A stretch of DNA of 57,854 nucleotides, filler included, from Sphacelaria rigidula (Eukaryota): the NCBI GenBank assembly GCA_964200075.2. It is 7 parts of 7 records of this genome, joined end to end, with 100 filler letters (N's around TTAATTAATTAA, not from the genome) between each part and the next. Parts side by side here need not be neighbours in the genome. Positions count along the whole stretch, not along the records: positions 16,560 to 24,738 come from CAXNAA020012004.1; positions 24,839 to 33,017 come from CAXNAA020012005.1; positions 33,118 to 41,296 come from CAXNAA020012006.1; 4 more parts are not named here. One strand, given 5' to 3'. The position numbers and the translations under genes are program-made. A model generated the notes under the pieces. It was not told where the DNA came from. It saw only the letters and a program-made list of their open reading frames with translations, and did no database searches. Positions 23,828 through 36,596 of the stretch are shown here, one piece after another (positions within the stretch are counted from its first letter, which is position 1; the number at the start of each line of letters is the position of its first letter).

Positions 23828-24203
23828 CACACGCGGCCATTCGGATACCCCCCAAAACACTCTGTTCCTGTCAACTATTCGAGCCTCCAGAGGAATTAAA
23901 CGCCTCCAGAGGGTACGCGGCCCTATAGAGGGGTGGGATTGAACGCCTCCAAAAAAGGCTGGTTTTGTCTCTGGAGGATTCGCGCCCCTCCAGAGCACCA
24001 TCTTTTTTGTTACTCTCGAGGAATTTAGACCTCAGAAGTTACTGGAGCATCAGATGCCTTCCAGAGGATTTGTTTTATGACCGGAACCGAGTATAAAATA
24101 CATTCTAGAGGGTATTTTTATCCTTCGGAGGGTCACTTTACCCTCGAGAGGATGGAAATTACGACAGAGGATTTTCAAGGGGGTAGCCGAATGGCCGCGT
24201 GTG
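23828..24203. mobile_element. MITE with ~25-bp TIR flanked by TA; internal CCTCCAGAGG motifs
   Basis: TA-CACACGCGGCCATTCGGATACCCCC...GGGGGTAGCCGAATGGCCGCGTGTG-TA. Confidence 0.88.
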
Positions 24204-24638
24204 TAGTAATGGCTCCTTGGTCATGCTACTGTGAGGCAAAAAAAACTCTCACACCTCTGTATGTGCCTTCCCCTTCCACTTTTGTTCCATGCATTTCACT
24301 GCGCTTTTTTTTTTTCTGATGTCTCCGGGTTCGCGTAATGTATGTTTTGAAGTGTCTACCTCAAGTTCAACGTCAGGATGATGGGCACACTGATCGCGTA
24401 CTCGTATTTCATCCAATACAGAGGTGCCCGGGATGCCTTCATCCCCTCCATTGACCTCTTGTGTTAACTTTCTGCTCAAAACGGAAGTACACATGGTGAC
24501 ATGTGCTCGTTGTTCCTCTCATGACATGGTATTGCGGATGGAGTTTTTCAAGGATGGGCCTTGGGAACTTTCACAAGCGAGAATCGAAACCCTTCCGAGG
24601 GAAACCAGAAGAGCATTCTCCGGCCGCGATGTGTGGCC

Positions 24639-24728
24639 TGTGACGGTTTAAGAGACAACCAACTAAATTAATGACCAGCCAGCGCTGACTGGTCAGTAAT
24701 CTAGTTGGTTGTCTTTTAAACCGTCACA
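24639..24728. repeat. 90-bp near-perfect palindrome
   Basis: 45-bp arms with 4 mismatches and no spacer. Confidence 0.92.
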
Positions 24729-27206
24729 AAAGTTAGTCNNNNNNNNNNNNNNNNNNNNNNNNNNNNNNNNNNNNNNNNNNNNTTAATTAATTAANNNNNN
24801 NNNNNNNNNNNNNNNNNNNNNNNNNNNNNNNNNNNNNNGGGTTGTAACGCTGAAATAAAGCCTAGGGATTGATTCGTCACAAGTCGACTCATCATACTAA
24901 AACCAAGTAATTTACGACGAATCATTATTTGTCCGACCGTCGAAATACTCCCCCTCCCTCCCGCAGCCAAGTGAGCAGGACAATCACAAAAAGTTTACAA
25001 TAAAACAAATCATGTGTATGGAACCGCAGTGGTGAGCTTGTTCCCCTCACTATCCCGTGCAGCCAAGCCGAAGCTTGCGGCGTCAGCAGTTGGGGATGGG
25101 CGAGCGATCTCGTTGGAAACCTGTAAGCAGGAAAAATCATCACAATTCCATCAAGGTGAAAAAAAAACTCCCGCCCTGCAATCCTATTGGTCAAATCTGA
25201 AGGCTTCAAAATCCTTGTAGCGCACAGTCGATTAGGTGTCATCTACGCCTATACTATGGCCATCCGCCACAAACTGGTGGACTGTCCACGGCCGGATTCT
25301 CGGAAGAGAAGGCCGCGGGCGCTCGCTCAACGGGGTAACTTCGCCGTGCATCATCCTGCCGGCAGTGTATTCACGCCTTGAAAGTTTCCATCTGTGCAGT
25401 TGTCGTCTATCTGCGTCTCGCGGTGGAGTGCATCGTGTGCTGTATTCACACGAATTCCGACTTGATCCTATCAAGAATCGTGTAAAAATAGTGCCCGTGC
25501 TGTCTGTAGAGCTATCATCATTGCGGCGTGCTTGGTGGGAAGCTTCTTCTGATGGACTCCGGGTCCGACGAATATAATAACTTTCTCGAAGCTATCTGCT
25601 ACTTCTCACAGAGGTGGGCGGGAAGAAACACGAGGCTCACCTCGGTGGCGGCGTTTTGGATATTGATCGTCCGGTATTGAAATTGACCATCACGGCATTA
25701 CTGTGATGCACTGTTCGCGATACCCTTTGAGTGCACAGGTTGGTCTTCACGCTATACCGCCATCCCTTAATACCACGGTATGTCGTTTTCCGAACGCTGT
25801 TCGGTACGGCATGGGACCGGAATACTGCGCTCCCTACCACGACCGAATCAAACCATTGCGGTTTCTGCGGTAAACAGAAACCTCGAAATGTCTCGCTGCG
25901 GTCAATCGGGGTTGTCGGCATGCGCTTCGTGCGAGTGTTTTCATACATGCAACGGGAATTCCAGAATCAGTCGTGAGCGCAATGGTCATCAATTTATCAA
26001 TTTGGATGGACACAGAAGGGAACTTGGAAAGGAGAAAAAAATGAGGAGAAGCAGGAACTTTAGTCTACGCGCCACAAACTACGATTCACGAAAAAATGTT
26101 GTAAAATGCAAAAAACGAAAAAACAAGACAGAAATGCAGAAAATGGACGTGGTGAGCGTGTACACCGCATGATGCGTCAATTATTCAGATGCAAATACAA
26201 CGCTTAAAAAACAAACGGCGAGCACAATTCGAGAAGCATCGAGATTGTCCCACTGGCATCAAAGATCAAAGATGGCACTATTGTAGAGATTATTCTCCAG
26301 TCATCACACGAACCCGGAGAAAAATGAAAACAGTTGCAACTCCTCAAAAGCGGGCATGGGCTACTGTGGCCAACAAGGTCATGCTCGGCCGTAACATCTT
26401 GACACATCATTGCTCAGACCCGCGGTCAATTGCAGAACAAAAAAAACACGTTTCGATTGAAGGAAAAAAAGATGCAACACACAACACAAAGTGAACAATG
26501 ACAGATACACCGGGAGGTGCACCCTCCGTGGTGCAGGAAATGTTGGAGCGTTCACCCTGAAGCCACACGCACTATCCTGCCTCGGGGCTGGATGATTCCT
26601 GCCTCATGGTTCTGCACCGCCACATCATACCGCTATTAGAGCCGTGCGATATTTTTTATTGGCGGTATGGTGCAGCACGGGTCCAGAGATTCGCTGTAAA
26701 TGTTTCTACGAGGGTAGATGGTAAGTACTACAGGCTAGGCGAGGCAACATACTCTAATTTCGGTTGGCACGCGACGGACGCACCGCTTTGTATTAGAAGT
26801 TCTCTATTAGCAATGGTTGGGTGATTGATTGTCGCACTTTAACTGACCCCCCAGGGGTCCAGCCGTGTTCTCATGAAAGACGTACTCAAGAAAAACGAAA
26901 CTGAAACACGCTCCGAGAAAAAAAAGTCGAACAGAACGACATAGCAGACCAAGTAGCAATATGCGGAACTTTTCCGAAGCAGCAAAGAAAATGCAAACAG
27001 GAAGTTGAAAGCGATTTAAAATTTCAGCAAAAACAAAAAATGAGATTGTCATAAATAGCTCTTGTGAAGAAAGAAGAAAAATATGATGCCTCGAGGATAA
27101 TTTTTCCGCTGGCGTGCAGACCCTCGTCAAATTCCAGCTCGGAACTTCTCAAATAGGGCTGTTCGTGCGACTTTTTGTGTGACACCGCAGGAGACTTTAC
27201 CCCAGT

Positions 27207-27493
27207 TGGGCTACAATCTACCCACGGTTGACACACTCGTCAACTGTCGCTCACCCTAACCCTAACCCCAACCCAAGGCATACGGAGAACCCTCGGGTAA
27301 GGGGGGCGCACAGGGGTCCCTAAGCAGAGTGTGCGTTGGCAGGCCTACAATCGGCGCCGCAGACGCTGATTTGAGCGAAAACGCGCTTTGCGCACGCTCG
27401 GAGCACACGGGACTGTCAACCCCACTGAAAATCCGAACCTCATTGTTGACACTCAAGTCGAGTAATATCAACCATGGCTAAGTAGCAGGCCAA
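27207..27493. mobile_element. MITE family B, diverged copy
   Basis: ccctaaccctaaccccaacccaaggcatacggagaaccctcggg core; degenerate TIR ...cacggttga / tcaaccatgg... Confidence 0.7.
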
Positions 27494-27520
27494 GCGGGGG
27501 GAAGTTTTTATACACCGCTG

Positions 27521-27590
27521 CGCTCCCGTGGTCCAACCGGTAGAGGAGACTCCAGTTACGGAGGTGACGAGTTCGAATCCCGGCATGAAC
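27521..27590 (+). mobile_element. tRNA-derived SINE-like head
   Basis: gctcccgtggtccaaccggtag (A box) and gagttcgaatcccggc (B box), followed by a T-rich tract; no full cloverleaf. Confidence 0.5.
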
Positions 27591-29391
27591 TCTTTTTGTT
27601 TTTCCTGCAGAGAATCTGTTTTCCGTCGACGAGGTTATTTGTTGTACAGAACTTTCTTGCTTTAGTTTTAAAAGGAGACTTCTACACTTTCGCACGTGCT
27701 TCTGTCTCGAAGATGCGCGAAGTTGGTCCTTCTCGCCTCAATGTAGATTGAGCTTTTCTCCGAGGCCATTCTAGAGCACTTCTCTATGTTCCTGGAGGCC
27801 CAGTTGCAGAAAATCATCGTCGACACCATTTTTCGTCAACTGTGGAGAAAACGATCACCATCAGGGATTAAAAAGAGAAAATGCGTTGCAGCCCAGTCAG
27901 AGTTGAATACTTGTGCATGTGCTCGTTGTATGTGACAGTCGGCTTGGAGGTCCTCTCCCATGATGGAGCTTCTGACGAGCAATGTACTAGTACTCCCCAG
28001 CGTTTCCCACGCCTTTTTTTTGCGTGAGATCCCGACACTTAGCACACCGGTGCTCCGAGATATTTTAAAGGCCGTACTGTATGATGTTTTTTTCCTTGAG
28101 ATATCTGGGGTCCCAGAAGGCGATCTGAAAAAAAGAAGAAGCATACAGCCTTTCTAATATCTTAGAGCACCCGTGTGCAAAATTTCAGGATCTAAATCGA
28201 CGAAGCGGCGTGAGTAATTGCCTTAATGTGCGTTTGACGACAAATATACGCGGGATCCCCCTAATTTCTTGACTATCGTATACCCCTGACGTTTTCCCAT
28301 TCCGCTTGAGCTTACATTGACCGCTTCGGATCAGCTTTTCGATTCACGCAACGAAACTCTGTGGAAACCTTCCGTGGACTACCTCGGGACAAATCAAATT
28401 TGAGTCTTATCTCGAGGTATTCTGCGCCAGCGTCGGGAATCTCTTCACTGGGACCCCCGGAAGCCAGTATAGATCGGAAAACTTTGGGATATCCTTCAAC
28501 GATTTCGTTTCCCATTTGTAGCACCCGTATCTACGAAAATGCCATGATTGAAGATGATCCGAACTTCTCTACAAAAGCTGCAAGGGAAAGGTCAAGAGGC
28601 TTTCTGGGTCTTCGATGGATATTATCGGTGGAAGTACGACAACGCATAAACCCCACATCACCGGGATACCACGTCTTGGTGGATAACTCGATCCCATACC
28701 AACCGTTTTCAAATTAATTTTTTGCGCTAGATTCCATAGCTGATGGCGGTTACTATGGTGTTCTACGTGATGAGATCGGGTACAAATTGAGTTGGGAATC
28801 CGCATTTTTAATTTCAGAACAATTCGAAGGCCCCTGATTGACCGAGAACATTTTCACTACCAGCGCCACGTCAAAGGACGCGAAAAATAGAAACCTGGGC
28901 GTGTCACACTGATCGCTTGCTCGTGGGAATCACCATGATACCAAACATGTTTCTATAAGGGTCGGTTTTGCGTTCTGATCTATTATTGGCGAGGAATAAG
29001 TTTTGGGCGTTCACCCTGAGCCAGCCTGTACCATTGCACTCTTGACTGTGTGTGTGTGTCAAAGTTACCATCGGTAATTTCGCCGCGTTTCATATCTAAA
29101 AAAAAAAAAAACTCAAAACACGCTATCACGTCACGTTATGAGACGCACCCAGCGCTCGATGCGATACACGACAACATCATCGGCAAAACTTGGCCGATCG
29201 AACAGCGGCGGAGCCGTGCATTACCAGGTCGGTCTGCAGTTCGCAGCGATATAATTACATCGGGCTGACTCGGGGAAGTGGAAGAGCTGTTGTGTGTTCG
29301 AGGATCGGAAGTTTTGCCGAGGGCGCAGCTCGTAGCTAGCCGTAGACAACCGTCGTGGATTTCGCAGATGCGTGCGGTGTGTGCGTTGTGT

Positions 29392-31099
29392 TGTCCCATC
29401 TATTCTGGACGCCGGTCTACACCTCTCGGTATATGTGGGCGCACCGGCCGGGGTCACAGAGGAAGAAGGCCAACACAGGAGCTCTTTCCCTTTCGTTTGT
29501 TTTAGTTCTCCACCTTCCTTCGGCAGTGCTTGCCTTTTATTCTTCATCGCAAGAGGGATTTAGCAATCCTTTCCCCTCGTCGACTCTTGAGGTCGAATTT
29601 TGCAAGGTTGTGTTCTGTAAGGTACGGGTACGTTCTGTAGGGTATGAGATTTATTATTGAACTTACAGAAATTTGGCGTATCAGTATGAAAGCCTTACAG
29701 AAGTCAAAGAACTGTCTGGTACGGTAAACACCCGGCAAAATACCCCGGGTACACAGAAAACCGTACCCTACGAAACACGACCTTGGTATTATCATCACCC
29801 CTGTGGTTGGACCTACGTTATTCAAACAGGGGCGATGTACAGATAACAGTTTTCGAAAACTCTGAACGGCTTCACGGGGTCGATACAGAAAGACTACACG
29901 ACCAATCGCAGCAGAACATGTCCACGGGATCGTCAACATCTATCGGCTTCACGTACACTCCCAGAGACTACATGGAGCATTTACGGCTGCCCGCTCTCTG
30001 GAAGCCCGCCGGCACGCGACATAATCGCCGACGGCCTTGACGACTTTCGATGGTAGCTCGCTCTGTGCTGTACATATCGATTACGGCCTGGGGTTTGATT
30101 TGATGACCACGACACAACCACCATCAACGTCGATGACGTGCGTCTTGCTACTTGATTCCCTGGTGGCGCAGATAAACCGCCCCCGCTCGAGCCACCACTC
30201 GAGTCTGGGGATGATCCATCCTGACGGTCTGCAGTGCTGCTCATGTTTCGTGTTTCCACTCAGCGGCACCTCGTATCCCGTCAGATTCCAAACCAAAGAA
30301 CTTTTCAACATTTAATTATTGTTTATGTCCAGTTTTGAATTAAGGAGTTGAGTGGGTTGATCGATGGGAGGTACATGTTCAGGTTATGAGGTTGTGTTTG
30401 GATTGAACCAGAATCCGTACCTCCCCAAGGTATATACCTGTGCTCATACCTGCAATCGGGTTTATCTATAACGGTATACCCTATCCCCGGGTATGGGTAT
30501 GGGAGGCTTGCAGAGCCTACAGAACTGTCGGGTACCGGTACTGGATAAAAGCCTTGCAAAAGTTACAGAACTTGTCGGATACTGTGTGGGAGGCTTATAG
30601 CAAAACCGTACCAGCAATCGGGTATTTCTTTACGAACATACCCGCGTTCCGGGTACGGGTAAACATTCTGTACAGAACTCACAGAAACTGTCGGGTAGGG
30701 TGTGGAGGTTGCACAGAAAACCGTACCCGCAACCGGGTATCTTATCAAGAGCGTATCTGTGCCCCCCGGTTACGATACGGGAGTCTTGAAGAGATTACAG
30801 AACTATCAGGTAAGGGTATGGGAGGCTTACAGAGCTCACAGAACTGTTGGGCACCGGTATGAAAGCCTTACAGAAGTCACAAAACTGTCGGGTACGGTAA
30901 ATACCCGACAAAATACCCGGGGTATACAGAAGACGTGCCCTACAGAACACAACCTTGAAATTGTGTGTACCCACGACATGGTTGCTCTCCACTGTTGGGC
31001 TTTGTGTGAGAAAAAAAATCCCAGACCGCTGCGAGATTCGAACCCACAACCCAATCGTCAGAAAGTGACGAGGTTAGCACCTGAGCCACCGGGGCGAGC
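29392..31099 (-). mobile_element. tRNA-derived SINE split by a 1.35-kb insertion (body 29392-29602, head 30958-31099)
   Basis: The head on the minus strand reads ccggtggctcaggtgc...gggttcgaatctcgcagcg. The two halves join as in the uninterrupted copy at about 9385-9450 (gtcga...tgtgtactcac...ctccactgttggg). Confidence 0.8.
29603..30957. mobile_element. hAT-like insertion: two related MITEs (29603-29785 and ~30388-30957) flanking ~600 bp
   Basis: Outer TIR CAAGGTTGTGTTCTGTA / TACAGAACACAACCTTG is a perfect 17-bp match; flanks gaattttg / aaattgtg match 6/8; internal tacagaa/gggta repeats. Confidence 0.72.
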
Positions 31100-32946
31100 A
31101 TTGATACTATGTACGACAAAAGACGTCACGCCGCAATACACCGAGGTGAAGTTGCAGCAGTAAATCTGCTGAGGTAGTGACCTGAAGAAAGGTCCCGATT
31201 CTTGAAGAATGTTCTTCTCTCCCGCGCTGATTCGGAAAAGTGAAGGGCTGTCGTGTGCCCGAGGATTGTAAGTTTTACTCTTGGCCCAGCTCGTGGCTGG
31301 CCCCGACCGCGAATAACTGTTATGCCCGTGAATGGGGCCATAGCGATCAACAATCCGTGGGCAAAAATATGAAAGGAAACGCGGAAGACTGGTCGGACCT
31401 GTGCCGAAGCTCTGCCGAAGCTCTGCCGAACAGGACACACGCTCCATCTCAAGTTACCTAGGTTTAGTAAGCTACAGCTGTAATATTTTCATCGCGTCTT
31501 TCTCGAGACAGGAAGCAAACCGGCCTGTGGCACTTCACAGCCCCCCGCACACATAGAAGGCGGCCAACGAAGACCTCGACGCAAGCCGGGCTGAGTGTTC
31601 CTCACCGGAGCTGTTGCTGACGCAGGCGAGAAAAAAAGCGCCGAGTATGAGCAAAGTTTGAAATTGGCGCAGACGGTCGCGCGTGTATCCGAAGTGGCCG
31701 CCTTCTTGATTCTTCTTTTTGCAGTCAAGTGATCCTATATCCTGGGTGGCTGTGCTCAAAGGGCAAATTCGCCTTGCAAAGCGAATATACTATATATTTT
31801 GAGCTGAAGAGCGCGACTTCACGGATGAAGGACGACTGTTTCATGTCAGAGTGTTGGATCCAGCGCATAAGCGAAACCGTTGAGCCCAACTTTTATTGTG
31901 GTCAGTGCACTGTCTTTCACGGTCTGGAGGCAGCAATGATGTTTCCCGTCTCCGACTGCATATTCGTACTAATAACGAGATGTAAACAATGCTACATTCG
32001 GCAAGCTTTGTTTTGACGGGCATGTATCTTCCGTGCCGCCAGGTGCTGCTTATTTCTTCTATGCGACTGTGCAGAAAGGGCTATGTATTCCCTCAACATG
32101 GAGTGCCCCGGAGAACCTTCTCATTCACCGAGAACGAGGTCTCTGATGAAATCGGCTGTGTTGTGTCAACGCTGTTGAGTGCACAAGCCAAGGCGTCGAG
32201 CGCGGTTTCTTACTGCTGTACTGCTTTTCACTGACTGAATGCAACCATGTCGTTTGTTTCCGCTGCCTGTGTACATTGGTGAAAATATGACAAAAGTAGA
32301 CTGTGGGACTGGACAAGCGGGACATTTTCCGTGATTGCATCTGTACACTAATATGAAGCACAATTTGACAAAATGTGAAATGTCCAAGTTCAAATCTCGG
32401 AGCGATCTGGGTTTTTTTCTCACACCACACCCAACAGTGGAGAGCGACTATACGGTGTTTGCGAAGATCAAATTCGGGTCAGGACTTGAACTTTGTAATT
32501 CCCCCGAAGTCCAAAGTCAGTCCAAAATCCGATGGTTGCGTTTCGCTCGGTTTGGACGTGTAATAGGAGATTCTGTTGGCCAACAGGCGTGACGTGTAAC
32601 GTGTAACCGTCCTCCCGACAACACACACCACACCAGCCACCTCGCTGCTCGCGCAAGCACGAGGCACGCCCAGAACATGGCGAACCAGCGGGTGATGGTG
32701 TGGTTGTGGTGTTCTTTTGAGGTCAGCACATCAACATGTGCACAAAGAAATAGTATTTTGAGCGCAACTTGACACAGACAGCGATTGACATCACGTGTAT
32801 CCGGTTTGCACAGAAGTTGTTGCAGACCAGGAGAATCATTATGATCACAAATCATGAATCACGTGGGCACATACGGCGCCCTTTTTACTCGTGGCCTGTC
32901 TTTGCCGCCTGCCTGCGCCTCTTGTGTTGCCAGTATAGCTTCACAC

Positions 32947-33017
32947 CCCGGTGGCTCAGTTGGTAACCTCGTAACCTTCTGATGGTTGAGTTGTGGGGTT
33001 CGATTCCCGCAGCGATC
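32947..33017 (+). mobile_element. tRNA-derived SINE head, cut by the contig end
   Basis: A box TGGCTCAGTTGG at 32952-32963 and B box GGTTCGATTCC at 32997-33007; same family as 30958-31099. Confidence 0.75.
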
Positions 33018-33437
33018 NNNNNNNNNNNNNNNNNNNNNNNNNNNNNNNNNNNNNNNNNNNNTTAATTAATTAANNNNNNNNNNNNNNNNNNNNNNNNNNN
33101 NNNNNNNNNNNNNNNNNTCTGGAAGGAGCCACACATGTAGCATCGAACAGTACGTCCAACTGGTCGCTGGTACCAATCAGGTCAGTTTTTAGCGGTCTGC
33201 AAACCAACCCGACAGGGATAGATGCTGCCCTAAGGTCCAAACTGATGAGGACGTCTATAGCATGCACCGGTATTGCTCGCACCATAGTGGAATGTTCCGT
33301 AGGTGGACACTATATGTGAAACTCCATGTTAAGCTCAGAACAACACCTCATTGCGATCGCCATTTGCACTGTCCCGTAGCTGAATTTCACCATCGATATC
33401 GACCTTTCGTTGTGCGAGCAGGTACATAGTACGGCCA

Positions 33438-33935
33438 GAAGTTGATAGCTTTTATAGCATTATAAATCAAGTTTTTCAGTCGTTTCTATTTGAGCAAAGT
33501 ACAAATAATGTTGATATTTTTCCTATTGAAGATATTTTACTTCATACAAATGTAATTCAGGTATTAACGCTTGCGATAGTTAAAGGTATTTTTGATTAAT
33601 TTGCAAAAATATTATCTTTGGATACTTAGAATATTTTTTTTCCATTGTTTATTATGAGACATTTGACGGTAATTCAGATAGTTCAGTTTTTCCTGGTAGT
33701 TTTATCTCAACAAAAAATGATGTTAGTCTTTTAGAAAACTTTTATCCAAGCCCTGAAAAAGTATTTTTTTTCAGTTCGGCTATTAATATTATTCTACAGG
33801 GAAAAACATTTTGAAATTGTTTATGAATTATTGAGTATAAGATGTAATGTACGAGCACTAATTACATTGTTTTATCTCTTATTAATTTTTCATTTCATGA
33901 CCAAAAATGGTTATGGATAAAAAAATTTGCTTCCA
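33438..33935 (+). pseudogene. AT-rich insert with a decayed reading frame, possibly organelle-derived (NUPT/NUMT)
   Basis: Abrupt drop in GC content. The frame EVDSFYSIINQVFQSFLFEQ...IVKGIFD*FAKILSLDT*NIFF/fs/SIVYYETFDG...LLENFYPSPEK uses AT-ending codons. Confidence 0.5.
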
Positions 33936-36088
33936 TGCCGACGCCCGAGCAAAAAGCTGCACTATTTCAAAAGTGATACACATGAAACCTCGGAGTTCGT
34001 GACCGATGGGAAGAAGAGTATGCACGCTAACGGAACACGGTGCGCTTAAAGCACGGTACAATTTCATTTGATAGCTTTCACCGGCCCCACGCTTACTTCA
34101 ATTTTCAATCACGGTCTATTTTTCACCAAGAAGGTACATCTTCAACTGCCATGAAAACAAAGATCGCTAGGGCGAGATCTTGCTCGTCAACGACGCAGTT
34201 ACTGTCGGCGCCACTGTCAATAGAACCTACATACACAACACGAAAAGCCATCTCTGGTGAAGGGAAGCATGGAATCTTATACATCAACTGTAGAGACGAC
34301 AAGGATGATAAAAATGCACATACGAGGAAAGCAGCAGTCTCAACAAGACTCTGATATGGACAAAGACCCATTCTGGATGCACCTTGTCCGGTGTCATACT
34401 AGAACTCTTCGCCCGACGAATTCAACATCTTCCTGGTGGTAAAAATAGGCGTGATGTTGACAAAGCCGATCTCCAACGGGATATGGTAGATACCGGTCCT
34501 GACTGGTGTGACGGCATCATGCCATGTTCACTATTGCTGGATTCACGACGTTCAGGGAAGTCGTAGGAGAGCGTGGAAGATCCACGTCGAGCGTTCGTAG
34601 ATGACGACTGACGACGGGTGTCCGTGGATACTGCCATTGACACCGACTCACGGTAGGAGTTCGATGGACGTTATGTTGACACAACCGATCTCCGACGGGA
34701 TACTGTAGGTACCGGTCCTGACTGATGTAGCGGCAGCATGCCGTGTTCCCTGCAGTCGGATCCACGACGTTCGGGGATGTTGCTTGTGGGGAAGTCGTAG
34801 GAGAGTGTTGAGGTTCTGCGCCGAGCGTTAGTAGATACTGTCGTTGACGACGATCCACGGGGAGAAGAACCTGTTGCAGTGTTAAAAGAAGCGGAACGGT
34901 TGGGCTTTTTTCGTCATGTAGGGGTGTAGACCCTTCAGTCGCTAGACGTCATTGACCGACACTGAATCGACCACTACGACGATGTGTACACTTACCGATT
35001 TGGTTGACTCAAATAAAACGAGGTGAGGGTTGGGAAACCACGGGATCTAGGGCACGCTGCTTCTGGGGGGGGGGGGGGGGGGGGGTGCTTGCAACCAGCG
35101 AGGAGCTGCTCAGCCATATCATCAGGGTAGTTGACAAATGAAAGTCGGCGTTCGATATTGTCTTGAAACGAGATCTGGAGCCCAAACGGTTGAAAGAGTT
35201 GACGTAGTAACATAAAAAATGAACACCGCCGTGTTGGGGCACGCCAGAAAGTTTAATGATCACACGATGCGCCTGTGCTGATATGCCCAGCTCTTCTTTT
35301 GGCTTCCATGGTGCGCATCATTGTCCATGAATGTATGCCACTGCGCGCTTCCGCGACTTCGCATTCCACACACCGATCCTCCTCCAAGAGCGATCCTAGA
35401 GTTCGTCGCGGTTACACGGTTTCGACAAATCTATTCGACTGCGCTAACCTCGAGCACCTTCAAAGTGAGGTGAATGCGACGAACGGCTTCAGAAGCGAAA
35501 CCACGGCACGTGAAGAAGAAAAAATAGAAACGGTTGCATGATACGGTACGACAGAGTACAACGCGACACAAAATTGGGGCATCTTGATGGATCGTATTTC
35601 GCAAACCTGCCCCGTGAGTCGATTAGATGAAATATTCCTAGCTCCTTCGTCGTCCAAGTAACACAGCGGGTAGTTTCACCCAATACGATCCGGCAAGAGG
35701 CCCTCCGGATTTATTTTTTTTGCATTTTTCGTCGTGTACCATATGTCTTCACCGACTCCTTCGGTGTGCCATGATTGAGGTTTTCAACGCCACTCGTCGT
35801 ATACACCCTCTTTACTGCAGGGACAATTTTCATGCTAAAGTCAAATCACGAAACGTTCGCATTGGCCTACACACATGAGACGGGGTACGAGAATGCTAGA
35901 GTGTCTTGCAGACGAGGGGTTCACGTTGATCCACCCACCCTTCAAACGCCCCGAGATGGAAACGTGACTCCGAGCGTCATCGCTCGGGTGCAAAAAGGAT
36001 ACCAACTGAACGAATGGACAGATAACCTGTGCCTCTGTGCGGCCAAGGGGCGAGAAAATGATCCAAGCAAACTGCCGAACAACCAAAT

Positions 36089-36410
36089 CAGCGAGGTCAG
36101 TTTACCACTTGGTAGGAGAGGGAAATTTCTCGGCAATTCGTGATTTCGAATACCACTAACACTGAACCTAACCTAACCCTACCCCTAACCCCAACGAAGG
36201 CATACCGAGAACCCTCGGGCAAGGGGAGTGCAAAGTGTTTCCTAGGCAAAGTGTGCGTTGCCCGACCTCGAATGGGCGCCCCAGGCGCCTATTTAGACAA
36301 AAACGCGTTTTGCGTACGCTAGGAGCTCACCACCCCCATTGAAAATCCATATTTTGGGAGATTTTCGTCAACTCTAAAATCAAGTAACTACCAAGCGGTA
36401 AACTCTACTG
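36089..36410. mobile_element. MITE family B core with a different TIR
   Basis: TIR agtttaccacttggtag (36099-36115) / ctaccaagcggtaaact (36388-36404), 16/17 match; ends ctactg; same core and taaccc tract as 8940-9280. Confidence 0.82.
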
Positions 36411-36464
36411 ACACCGTCAAGCTGACCTGTGAACCTGGCGGACGATAACAGGGAAGATGACAAT

Positions 36465-36596
36465 GAAGATCTTCGACCAGGATTAGCAGCGGAAGACGTC
36501 ATCGAAGATCTCCGACCGGGATCAGCAACAGCAGACATCGCCGAAGATCTCCGACTGGGATCAGCAACAGAAGACATCATCGAAGATCTCCGACGG
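36465..36596 (+). repeat. 39-bp tandem repeat (3.4 copies) within acidic ORF 36429-36764
   Basis: gaagatctccgaccgggatcagcaacagcagacatcgcc encodes EDLRPGSATxDIx. Confidence 0.85.

Noticed and set aside
31558..32204. Possible small exons (KAANEDLDASRAE..., NEVSDEIGCVV...)
   Set aside because: Weak splice signals, no consistent model and no recognisable protein.
32947..33017. tRNA gene
   Set aside because: A and B boxes are present but the acceptor and anticodon stems do not form, and it matches the head of the SINE at 30958-31099.
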